Notes: a model not told the origin generated them from the sequence alone. Shown: positions 50,756 through 63,930, counted from the stretch's first letter. The stretch: 64,000 nt of DNA from Azolla caroliniana (GCA_043228905.1 JBHGNT010000005.1:2666001-2730000); one strand, 5' to 3'. A program made the numbers and translations.

Positions 50756-53623
50756 TGCTAGATGTTTCTTCTATCTAGCCCTTTTCTAGTATGTGCTATA
50801 CTCAACTGTAATTGATAATTGAGGTTACACATTCAAGGATGGGTTATCACATTTATTACAAATAATAAATTCCATTATTGTAATGCTATCATGAATGTCT
50901 AAACAAAATCCCCATTCTACAAGGTTTAAGCATCATTCATGAATGTAACTAGTTTTTTGAATATCGTTAATTTCTATTATTATTTATGTAATTAGACTAT
51001 ATAAATTAGTTGGAATAAAGGTTGAATCTTTGCCATTTCCCTTTGCATGTGTGTATGGATACATGCTCATGAAGATGAATCAAGAGGTACATGCACATGC
51101 TCATGCATATGCATCAAGAGGGTCCAATAAATGTTTTGATGTTATTCGATATTGCCAATGACCATATTTTACTTTGTTGTATTAATGGTTTATGTTTGAC
51201 ATTTGGTGATGGGTGGGATTGCTTGTTTGTCTTACTAAGTGTATATGTGTTGGGATGATAGATCATGAGACCTAAATATGTCATAGTGCACATAATAATA
51301 AAAATAATGATATCTTGTTACTTCCATTATTATATCAATATTATGTACAATGATAACTTATGAGTGTATTTACAAAAAGAACCATGCTCTATTTGTTGGG
51401 ACCGTATTCAACACTATCCACTTTTGCTTTCTTACTTTTCACATGAACAAAATATATAAATGTGCTTATGGCAAGAGAGGCTCTCTATTCAGAGTATAAC
51501 ACTTGTCATATTGGTTCCAAAACTGTATGAAAGTATCAACAACCCTTTTTATTTAGAGTTTTTCGATCAATATAAATTGTCCAATGAGTATCGTGGCAAC
51601 TCATGCATCCATAGAAATGAGATGAACGATGTTCAAAACAAGGTAGCTCCAAGCTTTCCCAATTGAAATGCGTGTTGGCATGGTGCTTTGCCAATCATGG
51701 CACCCAATATCTATCATTCATTTTCTAATGTAATTTTGTAGATCATGCTAAAAGGGAACCAAAAAACAAGGTAGAAACAAGCCCCCACCCTTTAACTTTC
51801 TTGTATCGAAAAGATTGTCAAAGATTCACTAGAAAAATGATGTTTGTAGATTTACAAGGTAGATGCTAAATGTTTAATAATAAACACCCATAGAATGGGC
51901 ATGAAGTTACAAAGAGGTAAGTTAGCTTTCCCTAAAAAGCTAAGTCTCATAACATCATCTTGCATGTGCCTTCCTTTTTCTTTAATATATAACTGATTTG
52001 CAACCAATTGACAATCTAGGTAGTTTATTAACGTAGCATTCAAACAACAATTTCTCTCCCAACTCTTGTTGAGATCATTATGATAAAAACAATTGACAAA
52101 GTTACAAATTCAACTTACAATAATAATGGCCTTCCATGAACCCAAATTTCATAATAGGAAAGTGAGAAGACACTAATTATTGAAACACTTTTCCTTGCTA
52201 AATAGCTTCACTAGATGGAACTAGGAACTACTACCAAGAAATCCTAACAAAATGACATCTTAGTTTGATTAGTCATCATCTAAATGTCATATCATTAGAC
52301 TTTAGATTGTAGCAACCGTAAAATGAATGTCTACAAAAATACAATGAAATGACTATTGCCATGTCATATGAACATATTTGATGATAGACCATGTATAATG
52401 ACGCCTTTATCACAACTTTATTCATAAAAACATTACTGCAAACACTTGACTTTTTAATCTTATTCCAACACATTCCCATGTGTACAGTCATTGTCTTAGA
52501 TCATACTGCCCAAGTTGTTATTATTTTTGTGTGTACATGGGTTTGTCTTCACATAAGGAATCACAACAAAATTCCAACAACATCGAGATAGTGCAATGTG
52601 AAAGCATAAATTCATTACAGATTGCCAAAAACTTTGATACAATGATTGATTACCACCAAACACATGGTTTTCAACAAGTATATGAAATCATTGTAGTGTG
52701 CACATAATTGTGGTTTTTATTATAGATGAATGCTTGTCTTTAAGAGTTGGAAAAAAGGAAAAAAAAGTGCTTCTAATAGAGCAATTGCAGTTCTCAATGA
52801 AATTGGCAACATCACGACATTTAATTCTGTCCAATGAAGTGTAGATTCACGAGGTTGTATTAGCAAACTTTTAGGATGTAAATGAACACATGTGATAGTG
52901 TACTTGTGAATCAAGTTCACTACAACTTTAAGACAAAAATGCTTGAAGTTGGCATTTAGTAGAGATAACCTTCAAATTTTGTCATGATATTTGAAACAAT
53001 GTTGTCCTTAAATTGGTTTCTTTACAAAATCACTTGCAGCAACACAAAGATAAAAAAAAACACCATCATTAGTCTTTAAGACAAAACCAATACCAACACA
53101 TTGAATTGCATTCATAAGTCTCGTACCAGTCTTGTCAACACACACACCCATAGCCTATGTACGTTTTCAGCATAACTACAATTGATATACTCAAATTTGC
53201 CCATAAAAACCCATTACATCTCAACAAAGGGCCATACAATTGAGAATCTGAGATAATAATGATATCCAAAAATATGGAAGAAAAACACAATTAAGTCAAA
53301 TCAGCTGGTCGAAGTACACCCAAGTGAATGGGAAAAAAACTCAATTCATTGAGAAACGCATGTCACCGCATTACATCATCGTGATCCACCCCAATTTCTT
53401 GCCCATAGTGATCTTATAGAACAAGTATTTCTGATACTATGTATGCAGTATCTTGTCTGAATGCATACATGTGTTTTCAGCAAATGTACATAAAAAAACA
53501 TGGAACCATCTGTAAGTGATCACATACATTGCAGTTCAAATAGCATAACAGTACAATATCATGATATATTCTCTCATGTGTGTGTGTTTGTGTAGGTAGG
53601 AACGACATCACGTAACACGTTCT

Positions 53624-56600
53624 CTAGTTTTGCCTAGCTGAAAGAGTACCATTGCTTAAGCTAGTCTTCCACGAGTAGTCATTTGAAGCCTGGAAGCTAG
53701 CTGCCAAGCTAGCCTTACACTTCTCATTCAATCTTTGCAACCTTAACTTCACCATGCAAAGGTCACAACTTGAAGCCACGCTTCCGTGTCGGCAGACAAT
53801 GGGTGGTGATTCAATAGCATCGGTGACCATTTCAGGTTCATTATGGGCAGTTATCTCAGCTTTATTATGAACTGGTTTTTCAATATTAGCCTCAGGAATC
53901 TCGTCCCTATACATTTCAGGGCTTCCAAGCCAATTATTCACCCGAGAATCTTTCACCAGAGAAGAGAATGAATCGCCTTGGCTCGCTGGCGATGCAGATA
54001 ATTTACTGCTCATACTTCCAAATTCGCCCATTATAAATTCTTCACCCAAATCACTACTTAGTTCTAGATCATGAGCTATATTTTTGTTGTTAATCATGCC
54101 ATATTGCTCAAGACTCGGGTCATGAGTGGTGGGGCTATCGAGCTTAGTAGAGGTCACATAATTAGGTTGCGATGCAACCACCCGGGTCCCAGGATAATGT
54201 GGTCGGATACTATAAAGGGATGAGGCTGGCACATTTGAGACAAGAGAATGCAACCCATTGGATGCACTTTGTCGAATATCCTGTCATATCAAAGCCAAAA
54301 ACCAACAATTAGGCAGCTAATTAGTTGCCAATGCTTAATAATTCGGCAACTTAATTGGTGTGCCAAAGCTTTTTATGATTAGGACACTTATTTAGTAATT
54401 AGGACATGTTATCTGTTCACTGAAAAGTATTAAACAACCTCCCATGTGGGAAATTAGGTCGAACTTTCATTTTACCTGTGGGAAATAAGAGCCTACTTTC
54501 CTCATGTTTCCCTACAAGATTTCAACATTGCTAGCTTCTGCAGGCAAGGCTTCCCATACCTGGCTAGTTGGGGCATATGTGGGAAATTATATCCCGTCAT
54601 CAATGACCAAGTGGTAAATGAGGGCCCGTTTGCCATAGCAATGTGTGGATGATCGAAGTGGGAAAATGTGTATAACTTCTTGTGATAGATATACTTTAAA
54701 TATGATAATGACTACTGCTATAAATTACACTATATTAACCCCGTTCCACATAAAATCTGCTCCACATGTTTCCATACAAGAGTTAAACATTGGGCTTCTG
54801 CAGGCAAGGATTTACATACATAGCTAGGTGCAATAGGGGAATTTTCCCATGTTGGAAACTAGAGCTCATAAATTCTCGTGATGCCTTCAATAAGATGATG
54901 ATCATGATCATGACTACAACTATAAACTACACTACTAACCTTGTTCCAAGTAAAATCGATGGGTTTCCGCGGTGAGCTTCTCATGAATCCAGCTGCATCT
55001 CGGCTACTGGCTGTCGGAGAAGCAGGCTTTCCCCCACCACTAGAAGCTTTCATTTGAGACATTGACCCAGCACGTGGCATTGTTTCAGGATAATTAAAGG
55101 ACGAGGTTGAAGATATAGGTCTTCTAGATTGTATCATCTTGTCGACTGTCTTTGAGGTAGCATTCGGGCTTCTTTCAATCTTAAGACCACTAGCTCTACT
55201 CGTGAACAAAGAAGCGCTACCAGAGCTCGGCCTGTCTAGTATAGTAGAACCTGGCAGTACGGTACTAATGGATCGGATGCGTGCAGGGCTTGCAGAGGCG
55301 CGTCGAGATATGGGGTCGGGCCCATCTGACGTGCGCCGGGATGTCAGATCATGACTGTCGGAGGTGCGTTGGGATGTGAGCTCATGGCCATCAGAGGTGC
55401 GTCTAGATATCAAATCATGGCCATCAGTTGACCGTCGAGCCATCATATCATGGCCGTCGGATGCACGACGGGGTGTGATGTGATGATTTTGACCATCAGG
55501 TACGCTACTTGTAGCTGCAATATGTATAGGGTGGTTTTCTATGGGTGATGAATAAGAGCTTCTCATGTTGGAGGAGGGGCGAGCGGCTGCAGTGGTTCGA
55601 AGGTTAGGCGGTGGCTCAAGTGCAAAACCAGGAATGGCAGAGAGTTGCTGCCAGGTGGCCATCGAATTCTGAGCTGGCACCTTACTATTGGGCGACGTAC
55701 TACGAGAAGAAGGCGTGCTGCGCGATGGCAATGGCCTCCCCTTGGTCACTGAAGACGATCGGATCATCTGGACTGTCGATTGTGGTGTGGATGGACGCTT
55801 GGATGGTGTTGATGAGCGGCTCGATGTATTAGTCATCGAAAAACTACCACTGATACTACTACTGTTTCCATTGGTAGTTCTGACTAGAGATGAATCCATT
55901 GTTCTAGTTCTCATAGTGGGGGTTGTGGAGCGGGACGATATGATTGTTGCAGAGGGTGGTTGTTTCAAACTAGATCTACTTGTGGGCGTTGTCGGGCGAG
56001 ATGGTAGTATAACCGTGTTAGGGTTAGGGTTTCTCTTAATCGGAGTTGAAGAGCGAGATGAAGGTCTAGTTCCTGATACTGAAGCTGAAGCCAATGTTGA
56101 TGCTGAGGAAGAGGAAGAGGAGGAAGGTTTTTTGCTACTAATTGTAGAGAAATTAGCTCCATTACTGATAGATCTCGCTGCTGTATTCCATCCATTATTT
56201 CTTTGTGAAAATAGGGTTGAATCTTTGATTTTGCTAGTGATGAGGTCTGGTTTTGAGCCCACCACCTGTTGCTGCAAAATCTCGACCTTAGCATCCCACA
56301 TATGGCTATGAAGAAATGGCTTGCATATCAAATTTTTTGGATTAAGTAAAAGATGAAGACGGGAACAAAAACATAATCCTTTTAAACACACATAATGCAC
56401 ATTTGGCTGATTTAGAGGAAGGTTAAAAGGGAAAACTAACCTTTTTAAAAACACACACACATTTGGCCACGGTGAATGAATTAACAGATTTATGGAAAGA
56501 TTAAGAAGGAAAAAGAACCCTTTAGAAACACACATTTGGCTATCGTGAACCTAACTTTAGGGTAAACACACCACTTACCAGATTTTAAGCCCGATTAAAT

Positions 56601-57349
56601 GGAAAAAATAGTTATTTAGGGGAACTTTAAGCTATACGGAATTAACAAATTTTGAACAGGATTAAGAGGGGGAAAGGCATTAGAAAAAGCATAAATTTAG
56701 CTATGGATGTAACTTTAGGATGAGATTAACGACAGGGGAAACCCCTTTAAAGAGACACATTATGGTGAAATAATAGTTTCATGAGGGAAATACCCTTAAA
56801 AAAGGATTTGGCTATGGTGAATTAGCAGATTTTGGGGGCCGAACACCCTTGCAAAATATGCATTTGGCTGCTATGTTGAAGTGTAATAGGTTGAAAGTAA
56901 GATTATCAGTGAGAAAAACACCCGAGAAAAACGCACAGGTTTTATATCTTTTTCTGCCTATTTCAGAATTATAACTTACTCGAGAGGTCTTGATTGTGGC
57001 AAGAGACCGAACCAAATTCGGCAAAGATGTGGGATCAGATAAGAAATTCTCTGCATTTTCTGATGAGTTATAATGGTAAATTTGCGCAGGAGGAGATCCT
57101 GGAGGTGTCAAAAGCCTGCAAATACAGAATAAAAGAAGAAGACGCGGTGAGAGAAACAGTAAAAAGACGAAGAAGATAACTGATCGGTTCTCTTATGAGA
57201 CCAACAATATAAATACGATTTAAGAAGAAAGTAACCTAGACGATATTTGTTTGGTTATACCAGTCATAGTCATTTTTTCCTAGATCTCCTGTGAGAAGGT
57301 CATCCCCTCCAGTGCTGTTGCTCTCTGCTACAGCAGAAGAAGACGCCAT
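53624..57349 (-). CDS. Basic proline/serine-rich microtubule-associated protein (BPP-like); 4 exons (57349-57261, 57115-56980, 56265 or 56271-54940, 54280-53624), about 735 aa
   Basis: Family motifs GKNDYDW|LLTPPG, IPGFALEPPPNLRT and DIRQ...LVSNVPASSLYSIR; S/R/T/P-rich body; GT-AG introns in phase; in-frame stops lie upstream of the ATG. Confidence 0.85.
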
Positions 57350-58620
57350 AGCTGTGAAGCTTCACTAACAGCAATATCTTCGATCTTCTTCTCTCCCAGA
57401 TCAATAAAAAATTACCACCCAAGAAGAGCTTCTTTTTAAGGCTAAATCCAGAAGGCAAAGCTAAACGTAGCGCAGAAGAGAGAGATGCTTTTTACACAGC
57501 GTTTCTGCGGACCCCTGAGCGAGCTTCAGAGAATCTGACGATGGCAGTCACGACCAAAGTAACTAATCGAAGACCCAACACAGGAAATGAGGTCTGACGA
57601 TAAAAGATAAACAATTAGGAAAGGTCAGCAACGGCGATAAAGAAGAAGAAGAAGAAGAAGAAGAAGAAAGTTTAAGAAAATGCGGTCAGAGTAAGAGCAA
57701 AATCTGAGGAAAGGTCGCTTCGGCGATATAGAAGGAGAAGAAACAGGAGAAAAGCGTAAGGTTATGGCGAAATGTAAGAGAGGAAGAAAGAAAAAGGAAA
57801 TGTTCAGATCTTTGAGAAAAGTTGAAGCAAAGGTCGGCTATGGCGGATGAAGAAGGTTTGCTCTAAATTAATAAATACACTTAATATGTATTTATATTTG
57901 TAAATAACGCGGATCACGTTCTGTTTTCTCAATTAAATTTTAAATAACCCCCCCCCCCCCCCCCCCACTTTAGAAACTTTTTTTTAGACCTTTGGTTGAT
58001 TGATTTAGTTGAGATTAGTTAATATCTTGGAAAAAGCACTCTGGTGAAGTAATTAACGTCTTGATTATAACCATCTTAAAACTCAAGGGGCTTAATTTGT
58101 GGAGATTAAGGGCATATTTGTCGTGAAGGAAGAGATTAAGATGATGGGTTCTCGTGTTTCGGCTATTACTGACGTGTGTTTTTTATGAGGTTATGTCAAA
58201 TCGGAGTCCTTTTCTGGTGGCCATACCCTATACATGTATTTTGACGTGTTTCCTAATAGGCATAGATGTATGTTCATGTCCATGCTACTTAGGCACATTG
58301 TCAGTGATGATCAAATGCCATTTCTCTCTACTTCACAAAACTTTACAAGAAGCCTGATAACATATTAGCTCAGTATTTCTATACGACTTACTTACTCGGG
58401 TAGTTCGATTATTATTATAAACCCAAGAGAGAGTGATTGGGGGGTGGTTAAGCGCGTGTTTAGATTTGAATGAATTAAGATTAAGATGATGAATGCAACT
58501 TAACTTTTTAGCGACATAATGATGTGATTAAAAAACCAAAGAGAGGAAAAATGAAGCATAAGGAGCTAATCATTAACCAAGTGAGGTTGTTATGAACCGT
58601 TGGATTCAATCCAACAACGA

Positions 58621-59076
58621 AGTTTCATGGTCTTCATCTAGTCGATTAAAGGACCATGAATAGAGAATCCCTTAAGTGCACAAGGTTGAGTGATAAAAGT
58701 GTCACCCTTTCGAATTTGATGGCTTTTTCTAGGGTGTGAGAGTTGGAACACCCACTTTGGGTGTTTAATCCAACTAATGAGTTTCATTGCCTTCATCCAC
58801 TCAATTAAAGGACCATTAATAGAGAATCGCATTAAGTGCACAAGGTTGAGTGATAAAAGTGTCACCCTTTCGAATTTGATGGCTTTTTCTAGGGTGTGAG
58901 AGTTGGAACACCCACTTTGGGTGTTTAATCGAACAAATGAGTTTCATTGCCCTCATCCACTCAATTAAAGGACCATTAATAGATAATCGCATAAGTGCAC
59001 AAGTTGAGCGATAAGTGTCACCCTTTCGGATTTGATGGCTTTTTCCAGGGTGTGAGAGTTGCAACACCCACTTTGG
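58621..59076. repeat. Tandem repeat, about 160-bp unit, about 2.8 copies
   Basis: AGTTTCAT..ATTAAAGGACCA recurs at 58621, 58780 and 58940 with high identity. Confidence 0.92.
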
Positions 59077-59231
59077 GTTCGGTCTACGTAGAGTAGACAA
59101 ATGTCGTTATACACCAACTCAAAAAACAACTTGCACAACTATAAGGGTTCGTAAAACTATCAAAAGGTGAAGGTGCTCATACAATCTATATATACACACA
59201 CATGCAATTCATAAATGTAGACACATACACC

Positions 59232-59270
<39 letters not shown>

Positions 59271-59526
59271 ACATTGTGTTTTCCATTTGCTCACATTTCC
59301 AAGTCGGTTCTCTCAATGACGCCTTTTTTTTTATAGTGGAAAGGCATCCATAGAGTCTACAACAATGTGCATATAGGTAAGAAACATGTCATGAGGATGC
59401 AAGTATGCAATCCATCATGTGGAATGGGTTTGACTCCCATTCTACCACTCAAAAGAAAGTGTATTAGGACAATAGACAACTCACTACCTACTTGATCATA
59501 TTTACACTATTGAACCTTGTAGTTAC

Positions 59527-59806
59527 TAGGAGTCGGCAACAACTCGGCTAAAGCCTAAACCGAGTTAGTAAACCGTTTTTAAACAGTTTGGCAGTTCGGC
59601 TCGGCTCGGTTCAAGCATAAGCTTTGTAAACCGGTTTGAGTTCCATTTGGCAAGCCTTCAGCCAAACCAAACTTGTTAAGGCTAAATGGTTTGTCCAAAC
59701 CGGTTTGGTTCACGTTTGAAAACTTATAAACTAGTTAAGGCTTAACTGGTTTGGTTTGGACAAGGCCAAACCGGTTAAGCTTAAACCAAACCGTTGACAA
59801 TTCCTA
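59527..59806. mobile_element. hAT-type MITE (280 bp)
   Basis: Imperfect TIR TAGGAGTCGGCAAC versus revcomp TAGGAATTGTCAAC (11/14); 8-bp flanks GTAGTTAC and GGAGTTAT (6/8) fit an old hAT TSD; internal AAACCG repeats. Confidence 0.75.
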
Positions 59807-60129
59807 GGAGTTATTGTATATGTTCTTATTCATCCATCGTCAATCTTGACACTCCATGATCTTTCACAAAAAACTTTCGTATATTTGCAAGGATAGACCC
59901 AGAATTTGTGCTCATTGCCTTGGAACCATGAAATGTTGGGGATAACTTGTCTCCCAAAACTAATGTTCCATCCATTACAATTGGGATTATCTTAAAATTG
60001 TGAAATGGTCGGGATATTTTGAGCATTACCATATATCTTACCATTTCAATACCCTAATATAATCAGTGATCATTATGGATGCAACCTAAACTTTAGGGAT
60101 TAATAAGATATTGCAACTATGTTAGGCAC

Positions 60130-60630
60130 AAGGTACAATCAAGTGGGGAAATGTATGTTGGTTATCATAACAAGCCCCAGTAGACAAGTACAAACATCAG
60201 AAGGAGGGGATGACGTTGGTGATAAAGGCAGAAGAGATCTTGTTTTCCGCCATCAACAATATCCACTCAACTCTTATTAATGCCAAAGCTCAAGTTGTGT
60301 TTGAATTGGTCAGCTCGATAACCTTTTGGGTCTCTAGAAACAATGGTGTAGATGGGTCTTTTTCAATGAAACCTTGCATCAACCAACATTAATGCAGGAG
60401 ATATGGAGTGAAGTTGTAGCCACTCTAAAGAGCCAATACGATGGCCTCAGGGCGGATCCGATGGAGTTGAAAGACAACAATTAGCCTTCATCCAACAATG
60501 GTCGTCCTCTCCCATTCTTGAGTCAATGGGCCTCCACATAAGATGGAACTATCGCGTTCCTGTTGGGATTTGTATATAACATTCTCATCTCTAAAATTTT
60601 ATAACTAATGGAAGGGATTAATTTCTTTTG
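60130..60630 (+). mobile_element. Decayed LINE 3' remnant
   Basis: IKWGNVCW, KQWCRWVFF, MQEIWSEVVATLKSQYD and RWNYRVP across frameshifts; terminal TAACTAATG at 60602-60610. Confidence 0.75.
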
Positions 60631-61089
60631 TGTCTTCTAGAACACATGACAGGAAATGTTTTTAAAGTTGAATGTCATCCACATGAACCAACAGAAAAAA
60701 ATATGTGACGAACACATCAATTTTCTAGCTCCTCAAATTTCAAGTAGTGTCTTAAGTAAACACCAACCCAAAGTTTGTGGTTCTCTTGATCTATTGTAAG
60801 GTTCTTTTGGCTTTCAATAGATGATATTTGCATGTGGCTATGGGCCTTGATTTGGCTCAAATTAAATTGATCGATAAGCCATGATTTGATGGCTCAATGG
60901 TTTGAATTTAATTAAATGGTTCGCTTTGGTTTTCAAATATAATCAAAGCCATGATTTGATGGCTTAAAGGTTCGAATATAATTAAATAGGTTGATTTGGT
61001 TTCGAATCTCATTAAACAGTTCGGTCTCAATTTGATATGGTTCTAAAACGAAGGTTTATCGGTTTAAGCCCAATCTAGCTATTTATTAT

Positions 61090-63160
61090 AGAACTAAACT
61101 TCCATCATTAAATGGATGTGTAGGTGGTTCTTCCATCAAATATGAAAATGTTCACATAAGCACATGTGCCACTTATTCTTGGAAGCCATCATTATGTGAT
61201 TAGGACTTTAGTTATGCAAAATACGTGTTTATCCATTATTGTGTCTTCGTCATTGTAATTGTCAAGTGGCAACCATTTGGACTATACACCAAACACACCA
61301 ATGACATTGGACGACACTTATTAAGAACTCCAAACTACTCCATGGGCCACATAGTCTCAAATACATTCACCTTCCACGCACATTGATCACACAGACAACA
61401 ACAATTTGCCAAACCATGAATTTCGTTTTCAACTAAGTTCTTTTACACGTCAACGTCGACATCCACCTTAGACAACTCTCACTTTCACTTAGTGTTGTGT
61501 GGTTCATAAAAATATATTTCCTATCTCATGAATTAGTAGTGCAATATGTCTTGTGTTTGACATATTGGATAATGTCTCGTTGATAAAAGCAAGCACATTA
61601 GGATATTATCGAGATTAATAGATCAATGCAAGGGCCGTGGGCATGTAGTAAGGGGTTAATCAGTCCCATGTATGTTATGTATCGGTCACATAAGTTGGGT
61701 AAGGGGGTTCCATTCAAAAGCATGTGTGTATTGGATGTTAGAACTTAGGGTGAAAATCAATGTCATATCTTTCTTGCACAAGCAGTGACTAGGGGCTTAT
61801 ATGACTAGGTCTTGACAATATCCTTCCAGAAACCTTATGGATACCAAGGTTCATATTTGGTTGGTGGCTAGTGTCAAGACAACAGTTGCATTTGACATTT
61901 GCATGGTAATCAAGCAATTGAGAGAGTAAAAACAATGTTTAATTTTAAACGCCCACCTTAAGCATTGGTCATACTAGTCCCAACACAATGTTGTTCTAAG
62001 TTCTAACCTTGCTACTTTTTATATAATCGCCATCACACTATTCATTTTGAGATTTATGTTCATCCATAAACCTTGCATAATTTGCCATTAGCTCATACAC
62101 GAAACTAAAAAAAAATTAAGTTGGACCATGTGTATGTGGGTGTATGTATGTATGTATGTATGTATGTATGTATATACATACACACACATGAGCATGCAAT
62201 TCATTTTAGTTTTTTTATCTACAATTCATCTTCCACCTTCGAAAGTGAAATGCAAGTGATTCTTTCAACGAATATAAAAATGTTCACATAAGCAAGTGTG
62301 ATGCTTTTTCTTGGAAGCCATGATTACGTGGTCTTGACTTCAATTGTGCAAAATATGTTCTTATCCATAATTGACTCTTAATCTTGCAATTGTAAAGTGG
62401 AGCAATTAGGACTTCGCAACAAACACACAAACATTGGAAGTAACATTAAGAGCTAAAAACGACTTTGTGGGCCACAATTCTCCAATACATTCACCTTCCA
62501 CCCACATTTATCACAACGACAATAACAACACACCAAACCATGAATTTCGTTTTCAACTAAGTTCTTTTACACATTGATGTCAACATCTAATTTAGCCTAC
62601 TCTCACTTTCATTTATAGTGTTGTGGGGTTCCTAAAAATATAGTTTATTATTCATGAGAAAGTAGTCCAATGAGTCCTCTATTTGAACATGTTGTTTAAT
62701 GTCTACTAGGTAATAGCTAGCACATTAGTATATTGTCTAGATTACTAAGTCAAAGTATAGCCATGTATATGGTATGGCTCATATGTTTGTGTAGGTTGGC
62801 TAGGGTTCCATGCACAACCATGGAAATATATTGAATGTTAGGGTGTAAGTCAACGCCATATCTCTTCCATGTAAGCAACAAATAAGGTATTATAGGGTCA
62901 AGTTCTTCCTCCTTACACAATCCTTATAGATTACCAAGGTCGCTATTAGTGGTCAATGTCAAGAAAATAATTGTCTTTTTTATCTTTGCATGGTAATAGA
63001 CTAATCAAGGAGAGTAAGCAACAAGTAGGGCATTGTAGGGCCAAGTTCGTCCTCCTTACACAATCCTTATAGATTACCAAGATCTCTATTAGTGGTCAAT
63101 GTCAAGACAATAAGAGTCTCTTTTATCTTGGCATGGTAATAGACTAATTAAGGAGAGTGT
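61090..63160 (+). repeat. Old direct duplication (about 61090-61935 versus about 62220-63025) with a nested younger duplication of about 140 bp (about 62895-63025 versus about 63035-63160)
   Basis: Colinear shared blocks such as AAAATGTTCACATAAGCA, CCAAACCATGAATTTCGTTTTCAACTAAGTTCTTTTACAC and TTGCATGGTAAT. Confidence 0.85.
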
Positions 63161-63169
63161 GCAAGAGGG

Positions 63170-63930
63170 AAAACAGTTAAAATTTTGAAACATTAAGAAA
63201 ATTGAACCTAACAACAAAACCTTTAAATCGAAACCATTCAAACCAACTTGTTTGAGGAATTTTGAAAGCTCAAACCAATGTTATAGTTTGAGAGATTTAC
63301 AAACCATTTAGTTGTTGCTTTTGCAATTTTGTTCTAGTGCAAACTAAACCATTCAAGAGTTTGCCGTGATTCAAGAATCTCAAATCAAATCATTTAAAAA
63401 GATTGAAACTTGATGAATACCAAACCAAGTCGTGAAACCCTTAAACCGAAACTGTTCAAATCAAATTCATTTGAAGGATTTCCAAGGTCAAACCAGACAA
63501 TGCAAGAGATTTATAAACCATTATGTTATAGTTTTGGCAAATTTGTTTTAGTGCAAACCAAATTTTGTGTTAACTTTTGCACAATTCTTTAACAAAGAGT
63601 TTTCCAACCAAAAGGCTTTTGCTTATAAACTAAGGCAAGAAGAAAATATCGGATCAAATGCAATAACTTATTACGTGAATAGGCTATAGCTCTTAATTTT
63701 CTAAAGCTAATTCAAATTTATAAATATATAAAAAATATCCTAACCCCAAACAATGAAGGTTCTAAACCAACAACTTAAAGCCGGTTAACCGGTAAATTGT
63801 TAAGCCAATAAAGGCTCAAACCTTGAGCCCCTAAGCCAAACCAACCCCTAAACAAATTACAAATATTATAAACCTAAACCGAATCGGTTAAACTAGTTCG
63901 TGCAATTCATTTTGGCTCAAACTGAACCAT
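63170..63930. repeat. Degenerate AAACC-rich transposon-subterminal-like sequence (a similar tract lies at about 60840-61075)
   Basis: High density of AAACC/TTAAACC/GGTTT motifs; no TIR or TSD could be resolved. Confidence 0.4.

Noticed and set aside
59390-59450. B-box-like GGTTTGACTCCC, a possible tRNA or SINE remnant
   Set aside because: No convincing A box and no similarity to the SINE family; too short to support.
61090-63025. LTR pair of a TRIM or LTR retrotransposon
   Set aside because: No TG..CA termini, primer-binding site, polypurine tract or TSD was seen, and the spacer contains a microsatellite.
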